Shown one piece after another: positions 49,387 through 61,838 of a stretch of DNA of 64,000 nt. The position numbers and the translations under genes were made by a program. Each line of letters opens with the position of its first letter. Position 1 is the stretch's first letter. Origin of the DNA: Chrysemys picta bellii (Eukaryota); NCBI RefSeq assembly GCF_011386835.1, contig NC_088813.1:13516001-13580000 (forward strand), written 5' to 3'. The notes under the pieces are model-generated. The model was not told where the DNA came from and ran no database searches. It was given only the letters and a program-made list of their open reading frames with translations.

Positions 49387-49554
49387 ACGGAAGGCTCCTC
49401 GGGCACGACTGAAAAGGTGAAGAAGGGACTTGCAGACTTCCTGGGTGTCATCTCGGATACGTTCGCTCCTTCGCCAGATAAGACCATCGACTGCGATGTC
49501 ATAACACTGATGGCAACACCCTCTGGGACTACAGAGCCGTACGACAGCACCAAG
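49387..49554 (+). CDS. BSDC1: BSDC1 exon 4
   Basis: aag| TEGSSGTTEKVKKGLADFLGVISDTFAPSPDK...YDSTK |gtatgt. Confidence 0.97.
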
Positions 49555-49566
49555 GTATGTGCCGAG

Positions 49567-49946
49567 CAGTGTTCCCTCTAATTTTTCCGCATGGGTGGAA
49601 TGAATTTTGTTATGTGCACCAATATGGAGATGATGTGTGACATATTGGTGCATATAACAAAATTCATGTGGCGGGGATGGGGTCGAGAGTTTCGGAGTAC
49701 AGGAGGGGGCTCAGAGCTGGGGCAGAGGACAGGGCCAGGACTGGGTTGGGGCCAGGGAGGGGTGCCTCTCCCCCGGCCACGACAGGTCTGGGCCGGCGCT
49801 GGGTTGGGGCTGCGGGAGAGGAGCCTCTCCCCTGGCTGTGGCAGGTCCGGGGCTGGGGGAGAGGCATCTCTCCCCACCGCAGCCCTGAGCACCTGCGTGG
49901 CGATTAATGGGCTGCTGCGCGGCCGCGCAGTTTAGAGGGAACTTAG
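49567..49946. mobile_element. Non-autonomous hAT element immediately 3' of the BSDC1 exon 4 donor
   Basis: TIR CAGTGTTCCCTCTAA ... TTAGAGGGAAC. 8-bp TSD GTGCCGAG / GTGCCGAA. Confidence 0.8.
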
Positions 49947-50087
49947 GTGCCGAATGCCCCTCAATGCCTGCTCGGTGGGAAACGCCTCAGCTCCCACCAG
50001 GGATGTGTGTGACAGACCCCCTTTATCACTGGGCTCAGCCGCTGCCCCTCATGCTAATGGCCGTCCCGTGCGTGTGCTCTCTTACAG

Positions 50088-50142
50088 GCTCGTCTCTACA
50101 CCCTGCAGTCAGACCCAGCAACCTACTGCAACGAACCGGATG
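50088..50142 (+). CDS. BSDC1: BSDC1 exon 5
   Basis: cag| ARLYTLQSDPATYCNEPD G|gtagga. Confidence 0.95.
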
Positions 50143-50910
50143 GTAGGACGAGGGCTGGGTTGGAGGGGGAGACATTGAGGTGTTAGCGTGTGTGGTGTTT
50201 GGCAGGTCTCAGGGTTGGGTTCCCTGTAGACGCGTGCCCCCGTGACAGACCGCCAGCACAGCTGACTTCATGGGCTGCTTGTTGGCAAAGAGGCCACGGC
50301 AACTGAGTTAACTTCGCAGCCTATGAGTTGACCCAGCCCAGGTGTGGCTGAGGCTCCATACCCTGTGCTGTGTGGGAACCTGCGGAGCTGCTGCCTGATT
50401 AACCTGCTCTGGGATTTCGGAGCTGGGAATCCAGCAATTTGCATTGGCAGTTTGCCAAAGAGTGAATGCTGAGCCTCTGTTCCAGTAGAGAGACAGGGCA
50501 AGGCAGAGCAAGTGGTGTGTCTGAGATAGGGTGGGGTGGGCATGGATGCAACCCACCCCCCACCTACCCGATGTGCAGTTTTAAAGGGATATTGTCAAGG
50601 GCACTTCTAGCTCCTCTCATTCACCTGCTTCTTCATCGTGACCTGCCTCTTGTGGGCGGGGGCTGTCTATGGATCCCATCAGTGTTTCTGCAGGAGTATG
50701 CACCTTGGGCTCTTAGCCAGTGAAGTGTGCTTCCTGCTCCCTTCCTTAGGACTCAGGTTGTTGCCTCTGTGATGCCCCTTGCTGTCTTAGCCTGACCCCT
50801 TCACTCCAGTGGCATCTGATCGCACCAGACAGCATGTTTCCCCTTAACTCCCTGTGTTTCTGTCCCTGTCTCGTTTGTTCCAAGGACCTCTCTCTGCTTC
50901 CCCTATGCAG

Positions 50911-51026
50911 GCCCCACGGAGCTCTTTGAGTCCTGGCTCTCGCAGTTTAACCTAGAGGAGAAGAAAGGGGAGATCTCGGAGCTGCTGGTGACCAGCCCCT
51001 CCATCCGGGCTCTCTACACCAAGATG
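50911..51026 (+). CDS. BSDC1: BSDC1 exon 6 (BSD domain)
   Basis: cag| PTELFESWLSQFNLEEKKGEISELLVTSPSIRALYTKM |gtgagg. Confidence 0.96.
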
Positions 51027-52082
51027 GTGAGGCGCTGCCTGGCTCCTGCACTCTCTCGTGGTTGGGCAGGCTCAGACCTGCCTGAAGTCTCCAGCGTGTG
51101 GGAGGCAGGGGAGATAGGAGGAGGAAACTATACTCCTTGGGCTCCAGGGCCTGGGATGGAGGGGGATGACAACATGCTTTAGCCAAGCAGGGCAGCCTGT
51201 GCATCTTTGCTGCCGAGTAGCTCATTGGGCTTTTCTCTGCCTGTGGACTGCAGCATCGCAGGTCCAGAGCCAGTTGTCATGTGCTGCTCTGGAGCTGTCT
51301 GGCCTCTGTCTGTCTAAGCATCTTGGTGAATTTTGGGTAATGAGTCTCCAGCAGATGTTTGACAGCAAGTCATCTGCATTCTGAAAACGCAGGTTGCTTA
51401 CATAGGGCACAGTCTATCCCAGGAGTGGTTGGAGCCAGGGGAGTATGGGCACAGTGGCAAAGTCATGGGGCAGTTGAATGAGCAGAGGGAAATCAGTGTT
51501 GTCTAGTGGTTAGAGCAGGCAATTGCGAGTCTGGATGTCTGGGTTCTATTCTCTGTACAACTGGTTAAGCTGCCACGCCTCTGAACGGAGTGATGGTCAG
51601 CCCGGGGACAGCGAGCAGTTCCTGATGTTGGTGGATTGGCAGCCCTTGCCTGAAGTGACTCAGAATGGTGCCTGGTGATCTAATAAGAGATTTTGAGTAT
51701 TGTCTTATTCAGGGAGATGGGATTCGGATATGCTGAGCAAGGACCTGTGGGTGGGAGCAGTGGCCTAGTGTGGGAGACCTGGGTTTCCCTGCTGTTCTCT
51801 CCCCAGGTCTGCAGGGCTGGGAGCGTTGAGGTGATGCAGGTGGCCTGTCGTAGGTGGAAGGGCTGCTCACTAGCGACCCCTTTACTGTGGCTGCTTCATC
51901 AGTCAATGGGTTCCAGTGGGAGCCCCTGGAGTTGTTCTCTGCCAGAAGGATAAAGGGTTTGCAGTGTCAGGCCTTGCCAAGAAGGCAGAGGAACCCCAAG
52001 GGGAGTGAGGTCAGAGACTGCAGCATCCCCAGGCTCTCCTCACTGAGTCCTTCCCTCTCTTCTTTCCTTCCAATGGTCCCAG

Positions 52083-52151
52083 GTCCCAGTGGCTGTTTCC
52101 CATTCCGAATTCTGGCAGCGCTACTTCTATAAAGTCCATCACCTGGAGCAG
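52083..52151 (+). CDS. BSDC1: BSDC1 exon 7 (BSD domain FW motif)
   Basis: cag| VPVAVSHSEFWQRYFYKVHHLEQ |gtaggt. Confidence 0.96.
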
Positions 52152-52440
52152 GTAGGTTCGGGGGGAGGGAGGTCTCCCCTGCAAGGAAGCTAAAGTGGAG
52201 GGTGCAGTGTGGTGAGGAGCTGTGCGAAGGGGCTGTTACTCAACATGCACCCTCTGATCAGAGGGAGAGTTGCTATCCCCTGAACAGCAGCAGAGAACTG
52301 GGCTCCCTTCCCCAAGTCCCTGCCATTAGTGACAATGCTGTAGGGAACTTGCAGGGGTTGGAGCGCTGCACACCAGGGCCGGGATCTGGGAGGAGATGGT
52401 GTGGGCGCAGCTCCTGATTGCAGTTGTGAATTCCCTGCAG

Positions 52441-52522
52441 GAGGAGGTTCGGAGGGAAGCTCTGAAGCAGAGGGCGGAGCAGAGCGTGCATCACGAGTTG
52501 CCAGGCTGGGAAGAGGAAGAGG
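52441..52522 (+). CDS. BSDC1: BSDC1 exon 8
   Basis: cag| EEVRREALKQRAEQSVHHELPGWEEEE G|gtaagt. Confidence 0.95.
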
Positions 52523-53325
52523 GTAAGTCAGATGGCAGGGAAGCTGTGAGAGAGCTTTTGAGACCCATGGTGGATTTGGGAAGGAGAACGGCTGCTGTAG
52601 AATGGTTCCTGCTAATTGTCATGAAACCAGCTCCTCAGTCCAGCTGAAAGAGCCGCCTCTCTCCGCCCCTATGGACTGTGTCTGTATTCGGCTTTGTGGC
52701 CCAAAATAGCCCACTGCCGGTATCGGCTGCACCATGCTAACGCCAGTGGGAGCCTTAGCATGGGCGAGGTGAATGCTCCCAACACCACTGTGCTGTCTAA
52801 ACCTGCTCTGAACAGAGTTGGAGGGAAGGCTGGTTAAAACACTGGGGCTGCCGGCTTTATAGGTGTGGCTCCTGTCACAGTAGTTTCAGAATGCTTCCCA
52901 AACCTCAATGGTTTGATCCTCTCAGCTCCCCTGTGGGATCATCCCCAGGTTACAGCTAGAGAAGCCACGGCACAGAGAGACAAAGTGACAGGCCCAGGCT
53001 CACACCGGAAGTTTTGGGATGGAGCTGGACATTGAGGACTATCTCCTGTGTGCATTAGTTCCAAGCCGGGCCTGCTGCTCCGGTGTGCTGCCTGTACCAG
53101 AGCGCCCACTGGCAGGGAGGCTTAGCAGGACCTATCCCCAGAGTGGGCCGGGGGGAACAAGCGGACTCGCTAGGCTGTGGTGCTGGTGCTGCTCCCAGCA
53201 GTGGCTGGGGGCTCTGATGCCCGTGGTTGGGGAGGGAGGTGCTCCTTTCAGCAGTTGTTCTCTGCCTATTTGTGCTTCATACAGAGGTGCTGAAATCCTT
53301 TCCCACTCCCCCCTCCCCTCCACAG

Positions 53326-53880
53326 AGGAATTTTTGGGGATGTCGCCCCTACCTTGTGTGAATGTGAAATCTCCAGAAGAGGGAAAGCAAACATCATCGG
53401 TCCCTGCAGCAGCTGCTCCCCCGACCCTGGAGGGAAGTCCCATCCCCAGCATAAAGGAGCCAGCAGAGGAAAGCTGGTCTGGTCTTGCTGCAGTCCCAGT
53501 CCAGGTGACCCCATCTGAGAGCAGCGAGAGTGTCTCCCTTGTGACTCAGATTGCAAACCCTGCCTCTGTGCCTGATGCACAGTTACAGACTGGAGTGCCG
53601 CTGTCCGGGGCCAGGGACCTCTCCCAAAGGTTACTGGAAGCTACTTCTGAAGAGCAGGGCTCCCGGCCAAAACCAGCAGAATCTGCACATCCTCCTACAA
53701 CCACTCGGGAGCTGGCAGTGTCTTCAGAGCAACTGGGCTCTGCGGGGCTCAAGGAGCAGGCAGAGAGCAAGCCAACGGCCCAGATAGAGACTCTGAAAGA
53801 GGATGGGCTGACAGATTTACGAGTCTTTGAGCTGAACTCCGACAGCGGAAAATCCACTCCCTCCAACAATGGGAAGAAAG
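53326..53880 (+). CDS. BSDC1: BSDC1 exon 9
   Basis: cag|AG EFLGMSP...VTPSESSESVSLVTQIANP...DLRVFELNSDSGKSTPSNNGKK G|gtgggt. Confidence 0.96.
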
Positions 53881-55972
53881 GTGGGTAACTGCTGTCAGCA
53901 CTGAGCCCTCACCGGGGACCCTCCCCTAGGGAACACAGCTCTCAGGGGTATGGTGCCTGATTTATAATGGACACACTTTATTCCTCTGTGTCCTGGGTTC
54001 AGCCTAAATGGGTCTTGAGCTGTGACTCCCGGGTGAAAGGCCTGTGAGCTGGAGAGTGCGCTGAACTGGTGAGCTGTGTCTGATGGTCCCACATTGGGAG
54101 CCTTTGATTATTCGCGTTCCGTGTGTTGCTAACATAGCCAGCCCCCAAGCTACACCCATCTATAGATGCCTCCACAGGCAGATCCTGTAGTGGAGCAAGT
54201 TCTAGACCAGCCAAGTACATGATTTCTGCGTCGATCCTGAACAAACCTTTCCCAGCTCGCTGTCCAAAGCATACCGAGGGGCGGCTATGGATTCCCTGGC
54301 TTTGTAGTGACTGTAGGGAGCTCTGGGAGGGAGAAGGGTGCTGGATCTGACCCTTCAGTGTGATGAAGGGTGGTGGGCTGGATTGCCTCACTTCTCATTT
54401 AGAATCAGAAATACACAATTTTGCCACTTGGGGGCGTCAAACTTTGCAACTCAAGTTCTTGACAATCTGTGGTCAGGGTGGTCTGGGATCGTGGTGTAGC
54501 TGTGGTTTGCTCATCTCATTCTGAAAGCCTTAACTCTGCTTATCTCTTTGAGGCATCTAAAAAGCCAGAGTACAGGGTCTGGGGCGTCAACAGTTAGTGA
54601 TGGCAAGAGTCTCGGCAGCAAGCCAGACACAGGCATGGGGGTACAGACACCACCCTGAAGTGAGCTGCATGTTCCCTGACTCTGTTGGCCTGGCCCTAAA
54701 GGTACTGGTGCCACTGGAAATGCCTCTGAGCTCCAGGCAGCAGGACCTGGGAAGGAAGCTTAGTATGTTAGATGTGGGTTTATACTGGGGAAGGGAGTCA
54801 AATTAGAAGAAGAAGAAATTTGAGTTTCCCAACAGGACACAGTAGGACACCCTCTTCCCCTCCTGGCCACCCCTGGGGCTACAGAATGCCAGGATGGTGG
54901 CAGGTACTTGGTGATGGTGTGAAATTCTTCCTTCCTGAGAGCCCCCATCAATAACCTGACCTCTGATCAGCTGGGAGCAGCCTTCTCAGCCCAGAGCACA
55001 CGGGGGAGAGGGGGTGTTAGCCGGGTCATGGTAACGCCAAATGCCTGTGTATCTCTTGTCCCTTTTTACCTGCTGCATTTGCTCTGTGACTAAAGCTTGG
55101 CTCTTGTTTGGGAGTGGGGCTGGGCAGAGCTCCCCTTTGCTCTCATCCCCCAGCAAACAGAAGTGACTCCGAACACAGCGGAAGTCCGGGTCCGGTTCGG
55201 CCCAGACCTACTCCCTACCCTCCTCCATCTGCCAGTAGTGAGCTCAGGAGGGCATGGCAGATTTCCCTCTCCTGCTCATCTGGCTTCTTGTCTGCCTTGT
55301 AACCTCCTTGTTGGTGTCTCACTGATGGGTCAGAAATCCACGTACACAAACGCTCAAGGAGCTTGTCCTCAGCGTGCATGTGCTTTGAAGAGGCTCCACC
55401 TGGAGACCCTGGGCACTGTCGGTATCATCATGGGCGTTTGCAAAGACTTGGTCATGTTCTTTTACCTCTGGTCCCTGATGGTTAGTGGTTAGTCAAGCCT
55501 GGAGGTAGATGGCCTTAGCATTCCTCAATCTTGCTGATATCTTGTGGCTAGGTTGAGTTGAATTCTGTGTTACTTTGGGCCTGCAGATACCCTTTGGCAT
55601 GAGCCAAGTCTTCAGCTCTCAGAACACCTGAGCCAGGAGACCTTGTCTGTTTAGTGGAGTCTGGGGTCAGCGGCTTCAGGGACCCTGCTTTGCCCTTACT
55701 AACATCTTGCTGGGGAATAGCGGGGCCAGAGAAGGGGAGGGGCCTTTTTGCTAACCCCAAACCTTGGGCCCCCAAAGCTGGGGCAGTGAGCTGGCAGGAG
55801 CCAAGTAGGATGATCTTGGGCTGATGAAATCTGCTTCACTCTAAAGAGCCAGGGACCCTAATGTAAAATATTTGAGAAACGCAATGCATTATCAGGTCCC
55901 ACCAAAGCCTTCAGAGTTCCCATTTGCTCTCTGCCTTCTAGAGGGCTTAACCTCCGTGTCATGTGATTTCAG

Positions 55973-56076
55973 GCTCCAGCACCGATATCAGTGAGGACTG
56001 GGAGAAAGACTTTGATTTGGACATGACGGAAGAAGAAGTGCAGCTGGCGCTCTCGAAGGTGGAGGTGTCCGGAGAG
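55973..56076 (+). CDS. BSDC1: BSDC1 exon 10
   Basis: cag| SSTDISEDWEKDFDLDMTEEEVQLALSKVEVSGE |gtaaga. Confidence 0.96.
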
Positions 56077-56669
56077 GTAAGAGAGACAGCACGCTGGGCG
56101 GGGCGGGGCTACCTTGGTGGAAGATCCCTCCCAGAACAGAATCCACCCTGCATTGTTGTTTTCAGAGGCTTCTCACTGCACCTGTGCATGAGCACTACCA
56201 CGGTTGGGAGCTTCCCGCCTGGAGTCAGCTGCCAACTCCTTCTGTCACAGAGCTGAGAGGAGAGTGATCCCAGCATGTAGGAACTAAGGGGAAATCCCTG
56301 GGATTCAGAACAAGGCAGACAGCAAGGCAGTGCAGCACAATGTGCTTTAGAGAGCCACGGGGTTTGCTGCTCTTCTGGCCTCTCCTCCCAAAGAGAAGCT
56401 GGGCTGGGCAGCCAGTCGCAGCTGAATAACCGGACATCTTCGCGCTCCAGCAGTGGGGACCCTGAGCACAATAGAACAGCCTTGCGGGAGCCAGATGTGG
56501 ATCTGGGCTCTTGCCCACAAAAGTCATGCCGGGACTAGCTAGAGAGAGGGAGGGGATTAACCCTTTAAACCCTACAAGGACGGTTACTGAGAAAGGATCA
56601 CTTGTTTCCCAGAACAGTGAAACTAGAGCAATCAAGGTGTGTTCTGTCTGCCAGGCTTTGCACGGACGT

Positions 56670-56940
56670 GGTTGCCTTGTCTGGACCCTACGGGCTAATC
56701 TGTTACTGCAGTACATCGGCGCAGCTGCAGCGTGTCTGGGGAAGACGCCCTGTGCTGACAGGAGAGTGCTCTTCCATCAGCATAATTACTCCACCTCAGC
56801 ACGAGGTGGAAGCTATGTCGGCAGGAGAGCGTCTCCTGCCGACTTAGCGCCAGTGTAGACAGCGCTTAGTTCGCTGTAACTTGTGTCGCTCCGGGGGGTG
56901 ACTTTTTCACACCCATGGGCGATGCAAGTGACACTTATCA
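56670..56940. mobile_element. Harbinger-type MITE remnant
   Basis: Internal symmetric GTCGGCAGGAGAGCGTCTCCTGCCGAC and AGTGTAGAC motifs. Confidence 0.55.
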
Positions 56941-57006
56941 GGGGGTAGCCGTGTTAGTCTGTCTGTATCTATAAAAACAACAAGCAGTCTGGTGGCACCT
57001 TAAAGG
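56941..57006 (-). mobile_element. Truncated Penelope family A terminus
   Basis: GTAGCCGTGTTAGTCTG...GTGGCACCTTAAAG; lacks the hammerhead. Confidence 0.65.
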
Positions 57007-57062
57007 CAGATGGCTGGTGTATTGTCTAAACCGACTAATAGATGTCTCTCTCCTGTTTACAG

Positions 57063-57095
57063 CTGGAAGATGAAGAGTGGGAGGACTGGGAATAA
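57063..57095 (+). CDS. BSDC1: BSDC1 exon 11 (C-terminus)
   Basis: cag| LEDEEWEDWE TAA. Confidence 0.95.
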   Translation: MEDEEWEDWE

Positions 57096-59619
57096 GGCGA
57101 TTGCTTCCTCTGTGTGTGTCACAGGCTCATTCCCACCATCCAATGTGAATTAAATCACAGATCGACTATTCCTTTCATGTGTAACTGTGCTGAGGTTTTC
57201 AGTTCCAGGCTGGAGGAGTTCCATCCCTGCTAAATCCTAAGGGGTAGCTCAAACTCATGACCCATTCAGATGCTGGAAGAGGTGGTAGCGGGTGTTACAC
57301 TCATACGCATAGGGGTGCTAGGGAGGGGGGGTGCATCTTCTCACTAGGTCCTAGAGACCAGCGAAGTTGAAACGGACTGCCCAGATTGAGGCCTGGGGGG
57401 GTGGCAGGTCAGGTGGGGCCAGTGGGGCCCTGGGATCGAGCCGGACACTAGAACACCTGACGGGATTGGTCTGCATTGGCAGGATGTCAGTTTGCTGACT
57501 GTCTACTTGTGTGTGAATATAACCTACAATACAGCAGTTTAGAAGGCTCCTCAGTGCGAATTGTTCCTGTTCACTCATTACTCCAAACTCCAGGCCAGAC
57601 TAACTCTGAGAGAGGCCCCCAAAGTGGGACTGACCAGAGGCTGGAGATGCAGCACTGGAAGCCCCTTTGTATTGCTACACTTGCCACTGTGAGGAAAGGC
57701 AGTTGGCTGGAGGCTTTGATCTAGAGCCAGGCTTCTCTAGAGGGAACTAAATGACTCCCTGCCTCTTCCTGAACCATAACCAGGCCTGTTGTCTTAGAAG
57801 CTGCTACAGAAATTCCGGCACTTCCTTCTGTTTCCTTGGGATGCAGCTTTTCAGTTGGAAACCCAAACTCCCAGCTGCGGGAGCAGCAGCCCGCCTCCAA
57901 AGGGAGTCGCTTCACCATCCCCCACTCTGCTATCTGCACTGCCTCTCTCCGCTCTGCTGGGTGATGAGCACTTTTAATTGTCATCCTTAATTCCTCAGGC
58001 AACGTCCTGATGCTTGTAGTTTTCTCCTGAATGGGCTTTTCTGGGCAGGCAGTGGACCTGTGTCCGATCCAGGGCAGAACTGCCCCTGTCTGTGTGCACC
58101 AGCCACCCAGCTTGGTCACTTAAAAGACCAAACGTAGGTACGGTGGCCACCACTTAAACATCAGCCTTTGCCAGCAGGTCCCACCACTCTTCGCTGTTCT
58201 ATGTAAAGCGGGAGGCAAAAGCATCTTGCACAACAGATGGTACCTGGTGGCAGGGGCTGGTCACTGTAGCCATTGACTTTGCTGCTTGAATCCCTCTCCT
58301 GGAATCCACCCCTCCCTTTCACCTCCTTGGCAGGACCTGCCTGTCCCCCATGCACTCCAAATATTGCTAGATCGTCTCTGCTCCTATTCAGCTGAGCCCC
58401 CTGCAAGACTCCGACTCTCTTTCTCCCACCCCTGTTGACTGCTGTAGACCCCCTTTCGGTCTGTCGTCTCTGTCCAGGGCGGGAGGGGAGTTCCCTTCTC
58501 TCTTTGTCCTTCTGATCTGTCACACAATGCTGCTCCCCAGTGGATGTCACCAGTACACAGTTATCTTAAGGGGACAGCGTCTACCCCACTGTCTCTGGCC
58601 TTCAAAGTATTGGTTTTATCCATGGTTTCTTTAGGTCATTCTGCTTCTTTAAGGGCCAGTTCACTGGGGCTGTGGGTTTCCCTATATTTTTAGACAGCAC
58701 TAGACTTCTGGGGCCTTGGAGTGTCAATTTTCCCATGGGGAGATTCTCCAGTGGCGGCAGCAGCTGATGTGGGTGCATTGAAGGTGGCTGTGTCATCCAG
58801 ATCCCTGTCTGAGCTGTCTATGCCACAAAGCCCACCAGGTCCAGGGACCAGCCTACAACATGGCTCCAGCTTGTCATTGTAGAATTGATTCAAAGGGTCT
58901 CAGCCATGCTACAGCCTAGCTCTGTCCTAGGCTACAGTGCATCTTGGGGACGCAGGAAAAATGCAACTAGGTCCCCTCTCTACTGAGATGGAGCCAAGTC
59001 AGGAGACATCCCTGTCGTAACTAGGTCCCCCAGTGCGGTTGGACCCTTGTGTAGCTGGGCCCTTTGCCAGGAGACTGGTGTCTATCTGGAAGTATCTGAG
59101 AACATGTCGTTCGCGCTTCATGCTGCGCCCAGCGAGGACCCCCTTGTATATACTCCAGTCTCATTTAAAGGTATGGTTCCCAGCTGGAAGCTCATGTCCC
59201 AAGGTTGGAGCTGGGAGCAAGCGCGGAGCTTGCCTTTCTCTTTGTAACTCTTTTTCGTTAGTTAATTAACCTCTTGGTTATTTGTGCAATATTCTCTATT
59301 TTAAATTATACTGCATCTCCTGGGAGCATTTTATAGCTGGGGCAAAAGAGAGATTCTAACAGCTGTTAGTTTTGTAACGACAACTTTCTCCTGAACCTTT
59401 TACAGACTTGCAGTTAACAGAAATTAAAGGAATTCTACCGAATCAACTGCCTGCATTGGGTTGTCTTTATTTCCACCACCTACAGGCCACGTGTGGCCAT
59501 CCTTCTGAAATGAGTCTGGGTGTGGTTTGCTGCCCAGTGGCAGCCCCTGCTTTGGGCATGACTCTAGTTTGGGGGCAGGCTGGACAGTCCATTCAGAGCA
59601 ATTTTCCAATTTGTCAAGG

Positions 59620-60690
59620 TTGTTTTTAATTGTAAGTAGATGACCTACACTTTCCTTTGTCCTTCTCTTGCTCCCAATGTATTTAAAGAACCTCTTTTCT
59701 CATTGCCTGTTATGTCCCTTGCTTGATGTAACTCATTTTGTGCCTTTGCTGTTCTGAATTTGTCCCTACATGCTTGTGCTATTGTTTTGGACTCCTCCTT
59801 AGCAATTTGTCCATGTTTCCAATTTCGGTAGGATTCCTTTTTGATTTTCAAGTCATTAAAGAGCTCCTTTGGGAGCCATATTGGCCTCTTAGTATTCTTC
59901 CTATCTTTCCTTCGCATCGAGATAGGTTGCAGTTGTGCCTTTAATATTGTCTCCTTGAGAAACTGCCAGCTCCCCTGAACTCCTTTTTCCCTTAGATTTT
60001 CTTCCCATGGGACCTTACCTACTAGTTCTCCGAGTTTGTTAAAGTCTGCTTTTCTGAAGTCCGCTGTCCTTATTTTGCTGATCTCACTCCTTCCTTTCCA
60101 CAAAACCATTAAATCTATTGTTTCATAGTCCCTTTCACCCACACTGCCTTCCACCTTCAAATTTGCTACCAAGTCTTCCCTGTCGGTCAGAATCAAGTAT
60201 TGCCTCTCCCATTGGTTACTTCCGCCACTTTCTGAAAGTGTGTGGTCTGCCCAACACATCCAAGAACTTACTGGGAATTTTGTGTTTTGCCATGTTACTT
60301 TTCCAACAGATGTCTGGGTAGTTAGTTTCCTGTTACTACCAGGTCTTATGTTTTGGATATTTCTGTGATTTGTTCTATAAATGACTTATCCACCCCCTCC
60401 TCCTGATTTGGTGGTCTGTAGTAGACCCCTACCGTGACATTCCTGTTGTTTACCCCTTCTATCTTTATCCTGAGACTCACAACTGGTCTGCCTCTCACCT
60501 CCTTCTGGACCTCAGAACAAGTGTGTATATATTGATATATAATGCAATACTGCTTTTATCCTGCCAGCCCTATACTGTTATTCCAATCATGACACTTTTC
60601 CCACCAAGTCTCTGTGATGGCAGTTAAGATAATTTAGCTTCCAGTTCCTCCTGTTGATTCCCCTTACTCCTTTCATTTGTATATAGACGA
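59620..60690 (-). mobile_element. CR1 LINE ORF2 fragment (endonuclease and linker)
   Basis: ORF 59645-60259 ([21 protein letters not shown]...). Upstream region encodes GVYYRPPNQEE-like APE motifs. Confidence 0.9.
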
Positions 60691-61145
60691 CTAAGATGTT
60701 GAGCAGATGTTTTTCCCCACTGATTTCCCCTTGTTACTCCTATAACCCTATTGTAATTTTCCATGTTTCCCCTACCCTCAACATGGAGGAGCCAACTTCT
60801 CTGCTTACTCTCTCCTCTCAGTTGGGGTGTTCTCTGGAGGTGCCATCACTAGAGATGTCTTGGGAAGGTGGCCAGACACTATCCCAGGTTTCCCCACTTC
60901 AGCGAGGTGCCCAGCTACAAAGGAAACAGCACAAACACTGTTAGGTTTCTTCAGACCATGCAGTTTGTTCGAATGAGTAAAATCCCTGATGAAGGTGTGA
61001 AATGGAACAACCCCCAAGTCCTTCCCTGCAGACCCGCCATCCTCTGCATAAGGCACTGGGAGGAGGAGAGGGGGGTGTAAGGATAGACTGGAAACCAAGC
61101 ATAACATTAAAATATTTGTAAGCATTTTGGAAGCAATCTGTCCCC

Positions 61146-61151
61146 TTTATT
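61146..61151 (-). terminator. Candidate TSSK3 polyadenylation signal
   Basis: AATAAA on the minus strand, ~25 nt after the stop codon. Confidence 0.5.
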
Positions 61152-61176
61152 TGGGGAGAGCGTGACATGGTCTTTA

Positions 61177-61838
61177 TCAGGAATTTGCCAGCCATGGGTG
61201 CCAACCAACTTCTTCAATGGAAGGTCTCAGGATCATGTCTGGTTCCAAGAGGCTTTTCAGGAGATCCTGGCATTCGTCTGAGATCTCCAGGTGCCCAGGA
61301 ATCGAGACCCCTTTCTGCTGGTGGCACAGCATCTTGGGGATGTCGGTGTCGTCAAAGGGGAGGCTAGCGCACAGCATAACGTACAGAATAACGCCCATGC
61401 TCCAGATGTCCCCTTTCCGGCTGTCGTGGGGCACGCCCTGGAGCACCTCAGGTGCAGCGTAGGCAGTGCTGCCGCAGAACGTTTGACTCAGCTCCTTACG
61501 ATTCTTTGGGAGCAACTTTGCAAATCCAAAGTCAGTCAGCTTCAAGTTAAAGCCTTGCAGCAAGGCGTTCTCACACTTTAGGTCCCGGTGCGCCACGCCA
61601 CAACTGTGGCAGTAGCGGATCGCATCTACCAGCTGGCGGAAGAGCACCTTGGCGCGGCTCTCGGGCAAAGGACCTCCGTGCAGAACGCAGTCAAAAACAT
61701 CCCCGTCTTCTGCCAGCTCCATCACCAAGTAGATCTTCCCATCGGCGGATTCCAGCATCTCGTACACTCGGATGATGTTCTTGTGATCCAAGCGCCTGAC
61801 GATCTGGAGCTCTCGAGGCAGGAATCTCTGGATAAATT
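61177..61838 (-). CDS. TSSK3: TSSK3 exon 2 (kinase subdomains III-XI)
   Basis: cag|AA FIQRFLPRE...HRDLKCEN...DFG...TFCGSTAYAAPE...HPWLANS stop. Join with 63970-63826 gives 807 nt = 268 aa. Confidence 0.98.

Noticed and set aside
53019-53325. Open in-frame extension upstream of BSDC1 exon 9
   Set aside because: A clear polypyrimidine tract and acceptor sit at 53325, similarity to BSDC1 starts there, and phase matches exon 8.
59423-59428. ATTAAA as the BSDC1 polyA signal
   Set aside because: Plausible but a variant hexamer with no supporting evidence, so not listed as a feature.
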